Shown here in pieces: positions 17,753 through 26,706 of a DNA stretch of 60,658 nt; positions within the stretch are counted from its first letter, which is position 1, and each line of letters opens with the position of its first letter. Both the position numbers and the translations under genes were made by a program. The notes under the pieces are model-generated. The model made no database searches. It had not been told where the DNA came from and was given only the letters and a program-made list of their open reading frames with translations. Origin of the DNA: Dehalococcoidales bacterium (lineage in GTDB: Bacteria; Chloroflexota; Dehalococcoidia; Dehalococcoidales; BS750m-G39); assembly GCA_023129255.1 (NCBI GenBank), contig JAGMCH010000060.1, positions 1 to 60,658 of the forward strand. Reading direction: 5' to 3'.

Positions 17753-18291
17753 TAGTTTTTCTATCCGGTCGTCTTGCATTTAACATTTCATCGGTATGTG
17801 TGATTAACTTAGAAGCAAAGGCCTGCAGACGGCGTTATTTTCCTGTTCAGACTCTGTCAGAAACAGAGATAGGTCTCCCAGCCATCTTAATGTACCGAGT
17901 CATATGGGTCTCTCAAAAGTACGGTCAGTTGACTGTTCAGATCAGCAGGACGTCACTTCACTGGACTACTGAAAAACAATTACTTCCTCATTCTCCTATG
18001 CTGCCTATCCTCACAATTCCACCATAGGCAAGGCTCTAGGAATAAAGCCCGACTCCCTCAAGCCTTGTGGTCAAGGGAACTCTCCCGAAAGAGCGGGATT
18101 TTCCTCATTAGTTAGATGCTAATCTACGCAGTCCGTGTAATCCGGTGCCGGAGAAATACTGAACATCTGACTGACTGAACGACTGAACAACGAGGTGAAC
18201 GTTTGCCTGAACTCTTTTTGGCCTGCATCAGTTAGCGGATTGTCTGGTGTGCTCTTTCCAATCTTTTCTCAATATTCCGTCAGCGATTCGC

Positions 18292-18777
18292 CTAGCTCCT
18301 TTTATCAAGTCTTCCCTTGGCCTCCTCGTATATCTTCCTAATGACCCTGGGGGCTAAGGTCGGGTCTGGGAGCGTTTCATTTATCACATCCCAGCAGAAG
18401 AGCACACTACTTGGTAGTGGTGGTAATGGAGGCGGAGAAGACTCTAATGATGCTGCTACAGCATCGACTGCCCGGTCATATATGTCCTTCTTAACCGTTT
18501 GCCTGCTTCCACAATGCGGACACTTCCGTCTCTTCCAATCCCGGTAGCCCTGAACCCTGCCTTTCCAAGGTTGAAGGCACTTCAAGCACAAGTAATCTTC
18601 CATCGCACACAAAGTATACTTCAACATCCACCCTTCTACAACCTTAGGAGGCAACGGATTGGCAGTTGACTTTTTCCATGACATGGAATAGAATGATTGA
18701 AAGACAAAACCCGAGAAGTTTGCATGGGCGTAGCCAAAAGAACAATACGCTATATCAAGGCTACGAATTAGCTTCAA
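18292..18777 (-). CDS. Hypothetical zinc-ribbon protein (up to 161 aa; start uncertain)
   Basis: CLKC..(23 aa)..CPHC zinc ribbon and a Pro-rich stretch. Divergent from the recombinase gene. No good RBS at TTG 18777 or ATG 18681. Confidence 0.45.
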   Translation of the reverse strand: MKLIRSLDIAYCSFGYAHANFSGFVFQSFYSMSWKKSTANPLPPKVVEGWMLKYTLCAMEDYLCLKCLQPWKGRVQGYRDWKRRKCPHCGSRQTVKKDIYDRAVDAVAASLESSPPPLPPLPSSVLFCWDVINETLPDPTLAPRVIRKIYEEAKGRLDKRS

Positions 18778-18865
18778 ACTCGGCTTAATAGGGAGTTCCT
18801 TTCAAGCCCTGAGTAAGTTGTGCAGGATAAGGAGTCATTCAGAATGGTTAAAGAGGAAGTGAACG

Positions 18866-20410
18866 ATGAGGTCAGCATTCTATCGCAGAGTCTCACTTGA
18901 TGAGCAAGTAACAGGCACGTCACTTGAGAATCAGAAGGCAAAACTGGGAGTCTTTTGTGGTGGTGATGAGACAATCTTGGATTATTGTGACGCTGGCTGC
19001 AGCGGTAAGGACGACAGACGTCCTGACCTACAGAGACTGCTAACAGACGCCAAACTACGACGCTTTGACCGTCTCGTATGCACTACGCTCGACAGACTTG
19101 CGCGCAATTTGCGATTACTACTCGAGCTTGATGAGGAACTACGCAAGCACAGCATCTACCTAGTCTTCATTGACCAAGGGGTCGACACTTCCAAGCCAAT
19201 GGGGAAGTTTGTCTTCCAAATTCTCGGCATTATCGCTGAGTGGGAGAGAGAGACTATTATTGAACGAACCAAATCTGGTCGCTATGCTCGTTATCAGGAA
19301 GGCAAATGGGGGCCAGGGCAACCACTGTATGGCTATGCTTATAACAGGGAAACCAAAAAGCTGGAGATTAGAGAGGATGAGATGGCAGTAGTTAAACGCA
19401 TTTATAGTCTCTACGTGTTTGACAGGCTGGGGATGGAGCAAATCGCAAGGCTGCTAAATATCGACCATGTGAAACCACGCCAGCAAGGCAGGTTATGGCA
19501 TAAGGCAGCAGTTCGGGACATCCTCATACACCCCGCCTATAAGGGCGAACATCCTACCGGTGTCGAAACACCTACCATTATCGAACCTTGGTTGTGGGAA
19601 TCAGCCCAGAAAAGACGCCATGAGAATCCACACCTACATCGTCGTAAAGGTTTGCGTTGGCTATTGCAGGGCATGATTCATTGCGGGCTTTGCGGTCGCA
19701 TACTGAGTTGCTCATACTCGCATGGCACTAAAGGTCGCCGAGTTTACTCATGCCCTGGTAGACGACTTGAAACTAAAGCTGCAGATGAGCAGAGGTGCCA
19801 GCTACCAACCCTTGACGCCGAATGGTTGGAACAGAAGGTCTATGATCACTTCACTGATGCCATGAGCAACCCAGAGGCAATGTCAAAAACGCTAAGAGAC
19901 GCTATCACTAGCCTCACAGTGAGGAAAACTCAACTAGAGGAAGAAATAAAACCAGTTGATGATAAGCTAGCCGAGATAGGGGAGAAATTAGAGAGATTGG
20001 CTGAGGACTGGGTTGTGAAACGTTTAAACCCAGAGAAGGCAGATTTAATGCGACATAAGCTAGAAGCTGAAGAGGTGAGGCTAACAGGCGTAAAACAGAA
20101 CTTAGATCCGGAACAGCTAGCCGAGCTTGAAGATATGGACTTTAGGCTTGAGCTGTACCAAGGCCAACTCAACTGCATTGCAAGGGGAGATACTGAAGGC
20201 TTTCCTTTCCTGATAATGGATCTACCTGAGACAAAGGACGAGGCTGAGCTTCAGACTGTCGCAAGAAGAGCCTCCCTCGACTACGTTCAGGCAGAGCTTT
20301 GGGCATACCCAGACCGTACCGAGGTCAAGGCACAAATTCCCGTAACAAGTGTTGAATCGCAACAGTTGGAACCTGGTTATAGGTCAGGACGTTACCCACA
20401 ATCTCGATGA
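18866..20410 (+). CDS. Large serine recombinase (phage-integrase type)
   Basis: Catalytic N-terminus AFYRRVSLDEQ, resolvase core ..LDRLARN.., recombinase domain, zinc ribbon CGLCGR..YSCPG, and a long coiled-coil. The last ~12 codons run antisense through the capsid gene stub. Confidence 0.88.
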   Translation: MRSAFYRRVSLDEQVTGTSLENQKAKLGVFCGGDETILDYCDAGCSGKDDRRPDLQRLLTDAKLRRFDRLVCTTLDRLARNLRLLLELDEELRKHSIYLVFIDQGVDTSKPMGKFVFQILGIIAEWERETIIERTKSGRYARYQEGKWGPGQPLYGYAYNRETKKLEIREDEMAVVKRIYSLYVFDRLGMEQIARLLNIDHVKPRQQGRLWHKAAVRDILIHPAYKGEHPTGVETPTIIEPWLWESAQKRRHENPHLHRRKGLRWLLQGMIHCGLCGRILSCSYSHGTKGRRVYSCPGRRLETKAADEQRCQLPTLDAEWLEQKVYDHFTDAMSNPEAMSKTLRDAITSLTVRKTQLEEEIKPVDDKLAEIGEKLERLAEDWVVKRLNPEKADLMRHKLEAEEVRLTGVKQNLDPEQLAELEDMDFRLELYQGQLNCIARGDTEGFPFLIMDLPETKDEAELQTVARRASLDYVQAELWAYPDRTEVKAQIPVTSVESQQLEPGYRSGRYPQSR

Positions 20411-20516
20411 AGGGCATCTGCTGAAGGATGGGCGAGTCCTTGACTATAGTCTCCACTACTCCTTGAAGTAGCATATCATTTGACAGCTTGGCTGCCTCAT
20501 CTAATGTTAAAGCCAT
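20325..20516 (-). pseudogene. 5' stub of a phage major capsid gene (about 48 native codons, then unrelated sequence)
   Basis: MALTLDEAAKLSNDMLLQGVVETIVKDSPILQQMPFIEIVGNVLTYNQ.. matches the N-terminal pattern I associate with HK97-fold major capsid proteins. It sits directly after portal and scaffold. Only 63 codons remain, and it converges on and overlaps the recombinase 3' end. Confidence 0.5.
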
Positions 20517-20519
20517 TTT

Positions 20520-21011
20520 CTATCTCCTTTCTCCTATTGCGTATTGAATCTTCTCCTGTGGGGATAGGGCTGAGAGGTCTACCGGCGTCCTCTGTGGAGC
20601 CCCAGCCGGCACCCTAGCCCCGGCTATCTCGGCCTCCAGTTCCTTCCTCACCCTGTCGATGAGGGTCTGGGCATCTTCCACCGACTTATCAATAGCCTCA
20701 ATGCTGTCCCCGGCTATCAGCTCTTCGGGCATACCGGGGTTTGATTTGACCGCCAGAGCCCGGTAGCTTGATACTACCTGAGATAGACTATTCTCCAGGT
20801 CAGTCAACTTCTGCTCTAGCTCAGCCATAGATTGCTTGAGGGCAGCAATTTGGTTATCCTTGCTGGCTATGGCTTGCTCAAGTTCAGAGAGGCGCAAGTC
20901 CTTGGCCGCCAGCTGCTCATCCTTCTCGGCTATCAGCCCCTCAAGCTCGGTAGTTCTGGAAGTCTCCGGCTCTTCCCCGCTGGGATTTTGGTTTTGTTTA
21001 TTATCTGGCAA
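20520..21011 (-). CDS. Phage scaffolding protein (coiled-coil, acidic)
   Basis: 163 aa with a Glu/Leu/Ala-rich coiled coil. Sits in the canonical position between portal and capsid genes. Confidence 0.6.
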   Translation of the reverse strand: MPDNKQNQNPSGEEPETSRTTELEGLIAEKDEQLAAKDLRLSELEQAIASKDNQIAALKQSMAELEQKLTDLENSLSQVVSSYRALAVKSNPGMPEELIAGDSIEAIDKSVEDAQTLIDRVRKELEAEIAGARVPAGAPQRTPVDLSALSPQEKIQYAIGERR

Positions 21012-21023
21012 TTTTCGACCTCC

Positions 21024-22424
21024 TTATGAGGAAGATTCCTCAACGCCTTCGGTCTCCGTGGCTGAAACTCTCCCTCTCTCTCCGCCTCGCGTTGACCTGG
21101 CGTTAAGCTCTTTATTCATCCTGAGGATAGCCTCCCTCTCCTCCAACCACCGCTCGAACTCATCCTCTGAGTCTTTAACCCCTATTTCATCCATAGCCCT
21201 ACGCCTGGAGTGGATACCGGTCTGAACCAGCGTCTGTTCGTTGGCAACCAGCCTGGTTAAATCCTGAGGCAGTATCGGACTCCATATTACCCGCAGGCGG
21301 TTATTATCGCCAAACTCCGTTCCCTGGTACCTCTCCAGGAGCTTGAGAATGAGCCTGTTTCTACGGTTATAGACCGCAGTCCTGATAATCCGCTTTCGCC
21401 TTACCTTCTGAAGTAGTGGGTTAAGCTCAATCTCAAGGGCTACCCCCGATAAGTCCCTCTCGGTGCCGCCAAAGGCAGCCCGAGGAGATTCCGATATGTC
21501 ATGCAGGGTCCTGTATAGTAGATTTATATAATCTATGTGCAGCCTGACCCCCCCACCCTGCAAGAGGTCAAGCAGATAGGCTTTAGCATCCTCGGGGATA
21601 TTCCACACCGCCCCGGGTTTGACCGTAATATCCTCAGATTCCTCCACGTTCTCCAGCACGGCAATGGGGTTGCCCGATAGCTCTAATATCCGGGATAGCT
21701 GTGACATCGCCCGATTAAGCTCCTGCTGCGACTCTATAATCTGTGACAAATCAGATATGCCCCAGAACCTCTTTGGCTCCCTGAGGTTAGGGTAGATGAT
21801 AAACGGGATAAAGCCGTAGGGATTGGGCTTACTTTCAATCAGGTTATCATCTAGGTAAAGCTCAAATTCCCCGTCGGTCCACAGCTCAACAACGGTCGCC
21901 TTCTTAGCCTTGGGCTTCACCTGATACAGGAACTCGGTTTCCTCGGCACTCAGGCTGTATTTAGAGGCTACCCTCCATATTCTTGAGGTATCATCCCCCA
22001 GCCACCAGGCATAGATGCCCTGGACATCGGGGGCGGTAATCCTCACCCTCTTTGCCTCCCCGTCCCAGATAACCTTATAGCTGGCATCGCCCAGGATAGC
22101 GCAATCAATCTCGGTCTCAAGGTCGAGCTGCTCCAGATTATTATCCTCGTAAACCTGGTGCAGGGTGGCCTCGGCTCTCTGGGCTCTGGCTTTATCCTCC
22201 TCCGAGCCCCCCGCCGCTTCCACAGCAAAGTTAATGCCCGACATTAGATATGAAGTAACCTTGTCTATGAATACCTTGGTATAGTTGAAGGTCAGGCGTT
22301 TCTCCCCTCGCCTTTCCCTACCTTCCCACTGCCGACCATGGTAGAAATCAAGTAGCCCTCTATACTCTCTGAGCCGGTCTATATCATGGCGGTTTAACTG
22401 GGCGATAATAGAAGTTTTATTCAT
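21024..22424 (-). CDS. Phage portal protein (SPP1 gp6-like)
   Basis: 466 aa. N-terminal ..YYHGRQW..LTFNYTKVFIDKVTSYL.. pattern, acidic C-terminal tail, and position in the head module. Confidence 0.8.
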   Translation of the reverse strand: MNKTSIIAQLNRHDIDRLREYRGLLDFYHGRQWEGRERRGEKRLTFNYTKVFIDKVTSYLMSGINFAVEAAGGSEEDKARAQRAEATLHQVYEDNNLEQLDLETEIDCAILGDASYKVIWDGEAKRVRITAPDVQGIYAWWLGDDTSRIWRVASKYSLSAEETEFLYQVKPKAKKATVVELWTDGEFELYLDDNLIESKPNPYGFIPFIIYPNLREPKRFWGISDLSQIIESQQELNRAMSQLSRILELSGNPIAVLENVEESEDITVKPGAVWNIPEDAKAYLLDLLQGGGVRLHIDYINLLYRTLHDISESPRAAFGGTERDLSGVALEIELNPLLQKVRRKRIIRTAVYNRRNRLILKLLERYQGTEFGDNNRLRVIWSPILPQDLTRLVANEQTLVQTGIHSRRRAMDEIGVKDSEDEFERWLEEREAILRMNKELNARSTRGGERGRVSATETEGVEESSS

Positions 22425-22731
22425 TGGTGCCCCCTAAAATCTTGATTTTTGGGGTAGATTCCTCTCTGGCTCTCTTTAATATCCGCTGAATGGTGCGCTG
22501 ACTAACGCCGAACATCAATGCCAGCTCCTTTATTCCTTTACCCTGGGCGGTGAATAGCCTTAACACCTCTTTGTCTCTCAACCTCTTCAGCCACCGCTGC
22601 CTGCCCCCAGGCTGGGCATAAATACATTCTGGAAACGGGCAGTTGAGGCAGGAGCTAGCAAATTCGCATCCATCATCCTGGTAGCGGCAATACTCCGGCA
22701 ACAAATCCAAATCGCTCTCATCCAAACACAT
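22417..22731 (-). CDS. Phage small Cys-rich / HTH protein (104 aa)
   Basis: N-terminal Cys cluster (CEFASSCLNCPFPEC). C-terminal HTH IKELALMFGVSQRTIQRILKRA. Overlaps the portal start by 8 nt. Confidence 0.6.
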   Translation of the reverse strand: MCLDESDLDLLPEYCRYQDDGCEFASSCLNCPFPECIYAQPGGRQRWLKRLRDKEVLRLFTAQGKGIKELALMFGVSQRTIQRILKRAREESTPKIKILGGTNE

Positions 22732-22765
22732 AGCGTCTCTTTCAAAACGAACCGGTACGATGCTT

Positions 22766-22794
22766 ATATTAGCACACTTGTTCTATATGGTCAA
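22766..22794 (-). promoter_or_regulatory. Promoter for the HTH-portal-scaffold operon
   Basis: Minus strand reads TTGACC, 17 nt, TAATAT, about 35 nt upstream of ATG 22731. Confidence 0.5.
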
Positions 22795-22821
22795 TGATGT
22801 TTTGTCGTATTTTGGCAGGCA

Positions 22822-22851
22822 TTGACAGAGCATAAAGCCATCGTTTATCAT
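22822..22851 (+). promoter_or_regulatory. Promoter for the surface-protein gene
   Basis: TTGACA (22822-22827), 18-nt spacer, TATCAT (22846-22851). Confidence 0.5.
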
Positions 22852-22893
22852 TAGATAGGTTTTGCAATCTGGCAAAAATGATGGAGGTAAAAG

Positions 22894-24531
22894 GTGAAGT
22901 ATAATAGGTTTTTACGCACTCTGGCTGTAGCCGTTATCCTTTCCCTGCTGATGATAGCCATACCGGCTACACCAGCCCTGGCTGCAGAGACACTCGCGGC
23001 CTACCCCAGCAGTGGTGAAGTCGGTGATAATGTTAACGTTTTCGGTGATTTTTTCCTGCTTACGGCCCCAGTGTATATCTACTTCTCCAGCCAGTGGGCG
23101 AAGGCGGGTGATTTCATGGATGTTGATGTTACTGCCTATGAAAAGATGGTAACAAAAACACCCGACGCGGAAGGTTATTTTAATACCGATTTCGAAGTTC
23201 CTGATGAACTCACTGACGGTGACGATGAGGAGGATGTCCATAGCGGCTACTACTATATCTATACCGCCTATTCCGATGACGAGATACTTACCGTTACCGA
23301 ATTCACTGTAAGAGGCGTTGAGCTGGACCCGAGTGAAGGTCCGGTAGGCACTGAGGTTGAGATTGATGGCATCGGCTTTAAGGAAGACAGGGGTGTTATC
23401 ATCGAATACGATGGCACTAATGTGGATATAGTTAGTGGTGATGAAGAAACTGATAGCTATGGTGAATTTAGCTCAACAACTATTATTATCCCCGAGAGCA
23501 CTGCCGGTGACCACACCATAAGAGTTAAGGCTTATTATATTGTTGAGATTAAGTTTAGCGTGGAGCCGACGCTGGCTATTAGCCAAACTTCGGGCGTAGT
23601 CGGTGATGAGGTAACGGCTAACGGCACCGGCTTCGGCTATAAGAAGAGTGTTACCATCACCTTTAGTGGTATTGAGGTGGCGACTGACGTGACCAATGAA
23701 GATGGCAGCTTTGAGACTGTCTTTGAAGTGCCCGAAGTGGGACCGGGAACCTATGAGGTTGAAGCTAGGGATAAGAGTAATAACGAAGCTAGTACTGCCT
23801 TCACCATCACTACCAACCTCGCTATCAGCCCGGTTACCACTGCGGATTCACCCGGCTATGTCGGCGAAAGCGTAACCGTTAGTGGCACCGGCTTTAAGCC
23901 TAGCTGGCAGATAACCATCACCTACGCTTCTACGCCAGTTGTGTTTACCACTACCAGTGAAGAAGACGGCAGCTTTTCCTATACCTTTGAGGTGCCTCCC
24001 AGTGCAGCCGGGGCTCACACCATAACTGCCACTGACGGCACAGGCAACGCAATGCAGGTCATCTTTTTCATGGAGTCAACGCCACCTGGAATACCGTTAC
24101 CAATGCTGCCATACATGGATGAAAAGGCGGCTTCAGAGGCATACTTTGACTGGGCTGATGTTACCAAGGATGCTAATGGTGCTGTCGAGCTGAGCACGCC
24201 AGTAACCTATGACTTCCAGGTAGCTACTGATGCCGATTTCGCCAATATATTAGTGGAGAAGACAGGGCTGACCATATCGGAATATACCCTCACTGAGGAG
24301 GAGAAGCTGGAGTCAACCAGTAAGGAAGAACCTTACTACTGGAGGGTGAGAGCTGTAGATGCTGCCTCCAATGTCAGCGATTGGTCAGGCGCCGGCACTT
24401 TCTATGTTGGCTTTTCCTTTAAAATGCAGGGCTGGCTGCTATATACCCTGATAGGAATCGGAGCGATTGGGGTCTTTTTCCTCGGCTTCTGGCTGGGCAG
24501 GAGGACCATCCCCGAAGATTATTATTACTAG
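22894..24531 (+). CDS. Secreted, membrane-anchored protein with four IPT/TIG-like Ig repeats and an FN3-like domain
   Basis: Signal peptide. Four ~90-aa repeats each carry a G.VG..V.V.G.GF motif. The YYWRVRAVDAASNVSDWS segment is FN3-like. C-terminal TM helix plus RR anchor. Confidence 0.7.
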   Translation: MKYNRFLRTLAVAVILSLLMIAIPATPALAAETLAAYPSSGEVGDNVNVFGDFFLLTAPVYIYFSSQWAKAGDFMDVDVTAYEKMVTKTPDAEGYFNTDFEVPDELTDGDDEEDVHSGYYYIYTAYSDDEILTVTEFTVRGVELDPSEGPVGTEVEIDGIGFKEDRGVIIEYDGTNVDIVSGDEETDSYGEFSSTTIIIPESTAGDHTIRVKAYYIVEIKFSVEPTLAISQTSGVVGDEVTANGTGFGYKKSVTITFSGIEVATDVTNEDGSFETVFEVPEVGPGTYEVEARDKSNNEASTAFTITTNLAISPVTTADSPGYVGESVTVSGTGFKPSWQITITYASTPVVFTTTSEEDGSFSYTFEVPPSAAGAHTITATDGTGNAMQVIFFMESTPPGIPLPMLPYMDEKAASEAYFDWADVTKDANGAVELSTPVTYDFQVATDADFANILVEKTGLTISEYTLTEEEKLESTSKEEPYYWRVRAVDAASNVSDWSGAGTFYVGFSFKMQGWLLYTLIGIGAIGVFFLGFWLGRRTIPEDYYY

Positions 24532-24612
24532 ATTTAGGGTAACCTCTCCCCCTGACCCCCTCCCCTTATCAAGGGGAGGGGGAACTTTTTATGGAAAAGG
24601 GAGCTTCAGCGC
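24532..24612 (-). repeat. GC-rich palindromic repeat unit (reverse orientation, copy R1)
   Basis: ATTTAGGGTAACCTCTCCCCCTGA followed by CCCCCTCCCCTT-atc-AAGGGGAGGGGG (24556-24582) and then AACTTTTT. It is the reverse complement of the 28391-28441 unit and can act as a + strand terminator for 22894..24531. Confidence 0.8.
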
Positions 24613-24663
24613 TGTATAATTAGGTCAGAGAGAACCGTCGGCAAATCCTATAAGGAGAAGATT

Positions 24664-25224
24664 ATGGAAAATAGGGTAGCAATCTTCATAGATGGTAGCA
24701 ATCTATATCACGCTCTACGAGGTAACTTTAAACGCCAAGACATCAACTTCGCTGATTTTACCAGCAAGCTATGTGGGTCCAGGAGCTTGTTCCGGACATA
24801 CTACTACAACGTCTTACAGGACCCAATGCAATGGCCTGAGGGCTATCGAGAACAACAGGAATTCCTTGATATCCTGCGCAAGACACCATATCTGGAGGTT
24901 CGGCTAGGGAGTACCAAGGTGGCACAGGGTGTCGCTGTTGAGAAGGGTATAGATATTATGCTGGCTACAGACCTGCTATATTTTGCTTGGAATGACTTCT
25001 ACGACGTGGCAATGCTTGTGAGCGGTGATTCTGATTTCGCTTATGCTCTTCAAGCTGTAAAGAACATGGGTAAGCATGTTGAGGTAGCCTACTTCGAGAG
25101 AGGGATATCCAAGGACCTTTTGAGTGTAGCCGATGACCGCTATCTACTGAACCGGAGCTTCTTCAAGGGTTTGTGGGTAGGTAGACGTCGTATCAAACAC
25201 AGAAAGGTCAGCGGAGAAGACTAA
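24664..25224 (+). CDS. NYN-domain (LabA/DUF88-like, PIN-fold) predicted RNase
   Basis: VAIFIDGSNLYHAL, GIDIMLATDL and LVSGDSDFAYAL acidic motifs typical of NYN/LabA proteins. Confidence 0.8.
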   Translation: MENRVAIFIDGSNLYHALRGNFKRQDINFADFTSKLCGSRSLFRTYYYNVLQDPMQWPEGYREQQEFLDILRKTPYLEVRLGSTKVAQGVAVEKGIDIMLATDLLYFAWNDFYDVAMLVSGDSDFAYALQAVKNMGKHVEVAYFERGISKDLLSVADDRYLLNRSFFKGLWVGRRRIKHRKVSGED

Positions 25225-25322
25225 ATTTATAGGTAATCCCACCCCCTGACCCCCTCCCCTTGATAAGGGGAGGGGGAATTTTTTAATAAAAAAGGGGGCT
25301 TACGCCCCCTCTTGGACTCTCT
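25224..25322 (-). repeat. GC-rich two-hairpin repeat unit (reverse orientation, copy R2)
   Basis: CCCCCTCCCCTT-gat-AAGGGGAGGGGG (25250-25276) plus a T-run, then AGGGGGC-ttac-GCCCCCT (25293-25310). It is the reverse complement of the consensus seen at 28351-28441. Confidence 0.85.
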
Positions 25323-25335
25323 TCTTCCCCCCGAT

Positions 25336-25596
25336 TTATGCAGGGAGTTTGATATGATGTTTCGCTAACAATCGCTCTATTTCCCCGCGATGGGGCAGGT
25401 CGTTTGGAATCACGCCCTCGCTGACACAAAGCAATTCTATACCCATTGGGTTTCCGGCTGCATCATAATCAATGCGCCTTTCATCATCTAAGTCAACTCC
25501 ATAAGCATACGGTGCATCGCTAAGATATATATATATAGCATCAGCTTCTCTGTCATATTCTAATCTCACTTGCCACCTCCTTATCTTAATCCCCAA
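25336..25596 (-). CDS. DUF2283-family protein (putative antitoxin)
   Basis: YDREADAIYIYLSD motif. 86 aa. Overlaps the upstream DUF4258 gene by 11 nt. Confidence 0.7.
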   Translation of the reverse strand: MGIKIRRWQVRLEYDREADAIYIYLSDAPYAYGVDLDDERRIDYDAAGNPMGIELLCVSEGVIPNDLPHRGEIERLLAKHHIKLPA

Positions 25597-25795
25597 CCGT
25601 GATTATCTTATCTGGATTATCTTTTGCCACCACGACTTTGATGCGCCGATCATTTGGGGTTGTTGACCTATAAACAGGGTTGCCTTTCTTGTCCGTATGA
25701 GATACGTCGTAATTATTGAGGCAATACTCTATTTCCGCTTTAGTTATTGAGCGTTCTCGCATCCTTTTGCGGGCGTGATTAGTGTATTGTAACAT
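25586..25795 (-). CDS. DUF4258-family protein (putative toxin)
   Basis: N-terminal YTNHARKRMRERSITKAEIE pattern. 69 aa. Paired with DUF2283, a recurrent two-gene arrangement. Minus-strand promoter candidate upstream: TTGACA at 25897-25902, 17-nt spacer, TATACA at 25874-25879. Confidence 0.7.
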   Translation of the reverse strand: MLQYTNHARKRMRERSITKAEIEYCLNNYDVSHTDKKGNPVYRSTTPNDRRIKVVVAKDNPDKIITVGD

Positions 25796-25922
25796 AACAT
25801 AGCCGACCTCCTTTCGCCAGCCGAATGCCAGCTTCTCGCGCTATCTCCTGCAAACAATCGCCCACAAGTACATACTAATTGTATAACATTTGACTAGACA
25901 CTTGTCAACTTTTTGCCCCCCA

Positions 25923-25950
25923 TTGACACCCCTTACTTTAGTAGTATAAT
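25923..25950 (+). promoter_or_regulatory. Consensus sigma70 promoter pointing antisense into abiV
   Basis: TTGACA (25923-25928), 16-nt spacer, TATAAT (25945-25950). No + strand ORF with an RBS lies downstream. Confidence 0.4.
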
Positions 25951-25986
25951 CCGCCCCCTCTTAAACTCTCTTCCATTTAATCTCAA

Positions 25987-26706
25987 CTAATTATCCATTT
26001 TGTCCTCAATTTGCCCCAAGTTTAGCCAGTTCATTAATTGATTTACGTCCATTCCATCTTTATACTTACCCCGTTCCTTCAATTCAGCAAAGTAATGTAG
26101 TGAAGCTTTCCTTACGTCATCCATGTCCATATCCATGCCCTTCTTAAAATGCTTGGCCCATATCCTTAAATCCTCTACCGTTTCTTCTTCATCGCTCTTC
26201 AGAAGTTTAGCTGTTTCTAGCGTTATCTCCGCTAATTCTTCATTCATAAATTTAGATGGTTCAGACCATCTAATTTCTCCTATGCAATCTGTATACAAGC
26301 AAAACTGCTTCAGTTGCTCTATCATATAAGCGTGTTTCCCTGTGGAAAAAAGATGTTTTAAATCATCGAACTTCCATTTGCCCATAGCAATAAAATGTGG
26401 AAGTAACCACATCATATTTTTCTTAGTATGTTTTCTATAATCTCTCCAGTGGTCAATAATATCCTTATTTTTAGTTAATACGGACATTCCTCGAAGTAGC
26501 GATTTCTTACCAGACTCTTCGATAGACAATATTGCTAGAGCTGCGGCTGACGCGTATCTTTTATTCTTTAGTAGTAATTCCGCGTCCTCAATTAAGCTAA
26601 TAGCATTTCTATTTGCAGCATTAATACCATTAGCTATCTGCTTAAAGTTAAGTTTTCCCTTGTATTGAGGTGTACCCTTTGTTACATCATCTATTGACAT
26701 CAGCAT
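25987..26706 (-). CDS. AbiV-family abortive-infection protein (HEPN)
   Basis: ..NAISLIEDAELLLKNKRYASAAALAILSIEESGKK.. is the characteristic AbiV N-terminal helix pair. RDYRKH fits the HEPN Rx4H motif. Confidence 0.75.
   Translation of the reverse strand: MLMSIDDVTKGTPQYKGKLNFKQIANGINAANRNAISLIEDAELLLKNKRYASAAALAILSIEESGKKSLLRGMSVLTKNKDIIDHWRDYRKHTKKNMMWLLPHFIAMGKWKFDDLKHLFSTGKHAYMIEQLKQFCLYTDCIGEIRWSEPSKFMNEELAEITLETAKLLKSDEEETVEDLRIWAKHFKKGMDMDMDDVRKASLHYFAELKERGKYKDGMDVNQLMNWLNLGQIEDKMDN

Noticed and set aside
17728-18027. 99-aa + strand ORF downstream of the radical SAM gene
   Set aside because: No RBS, odd Cys/Leu-rich composition and no motif. It overlaps the better-positioned 25-codon ORF in another frame.
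20325-20516. Treating the 63-aa ORF as an intact small phage gene
   Set aside because: Its sequence and position match the beginning of a major capsid gene that should be ~300-400 codons. Its 3' third overlaps the recombinase gene and loses the capsid-like pattern.
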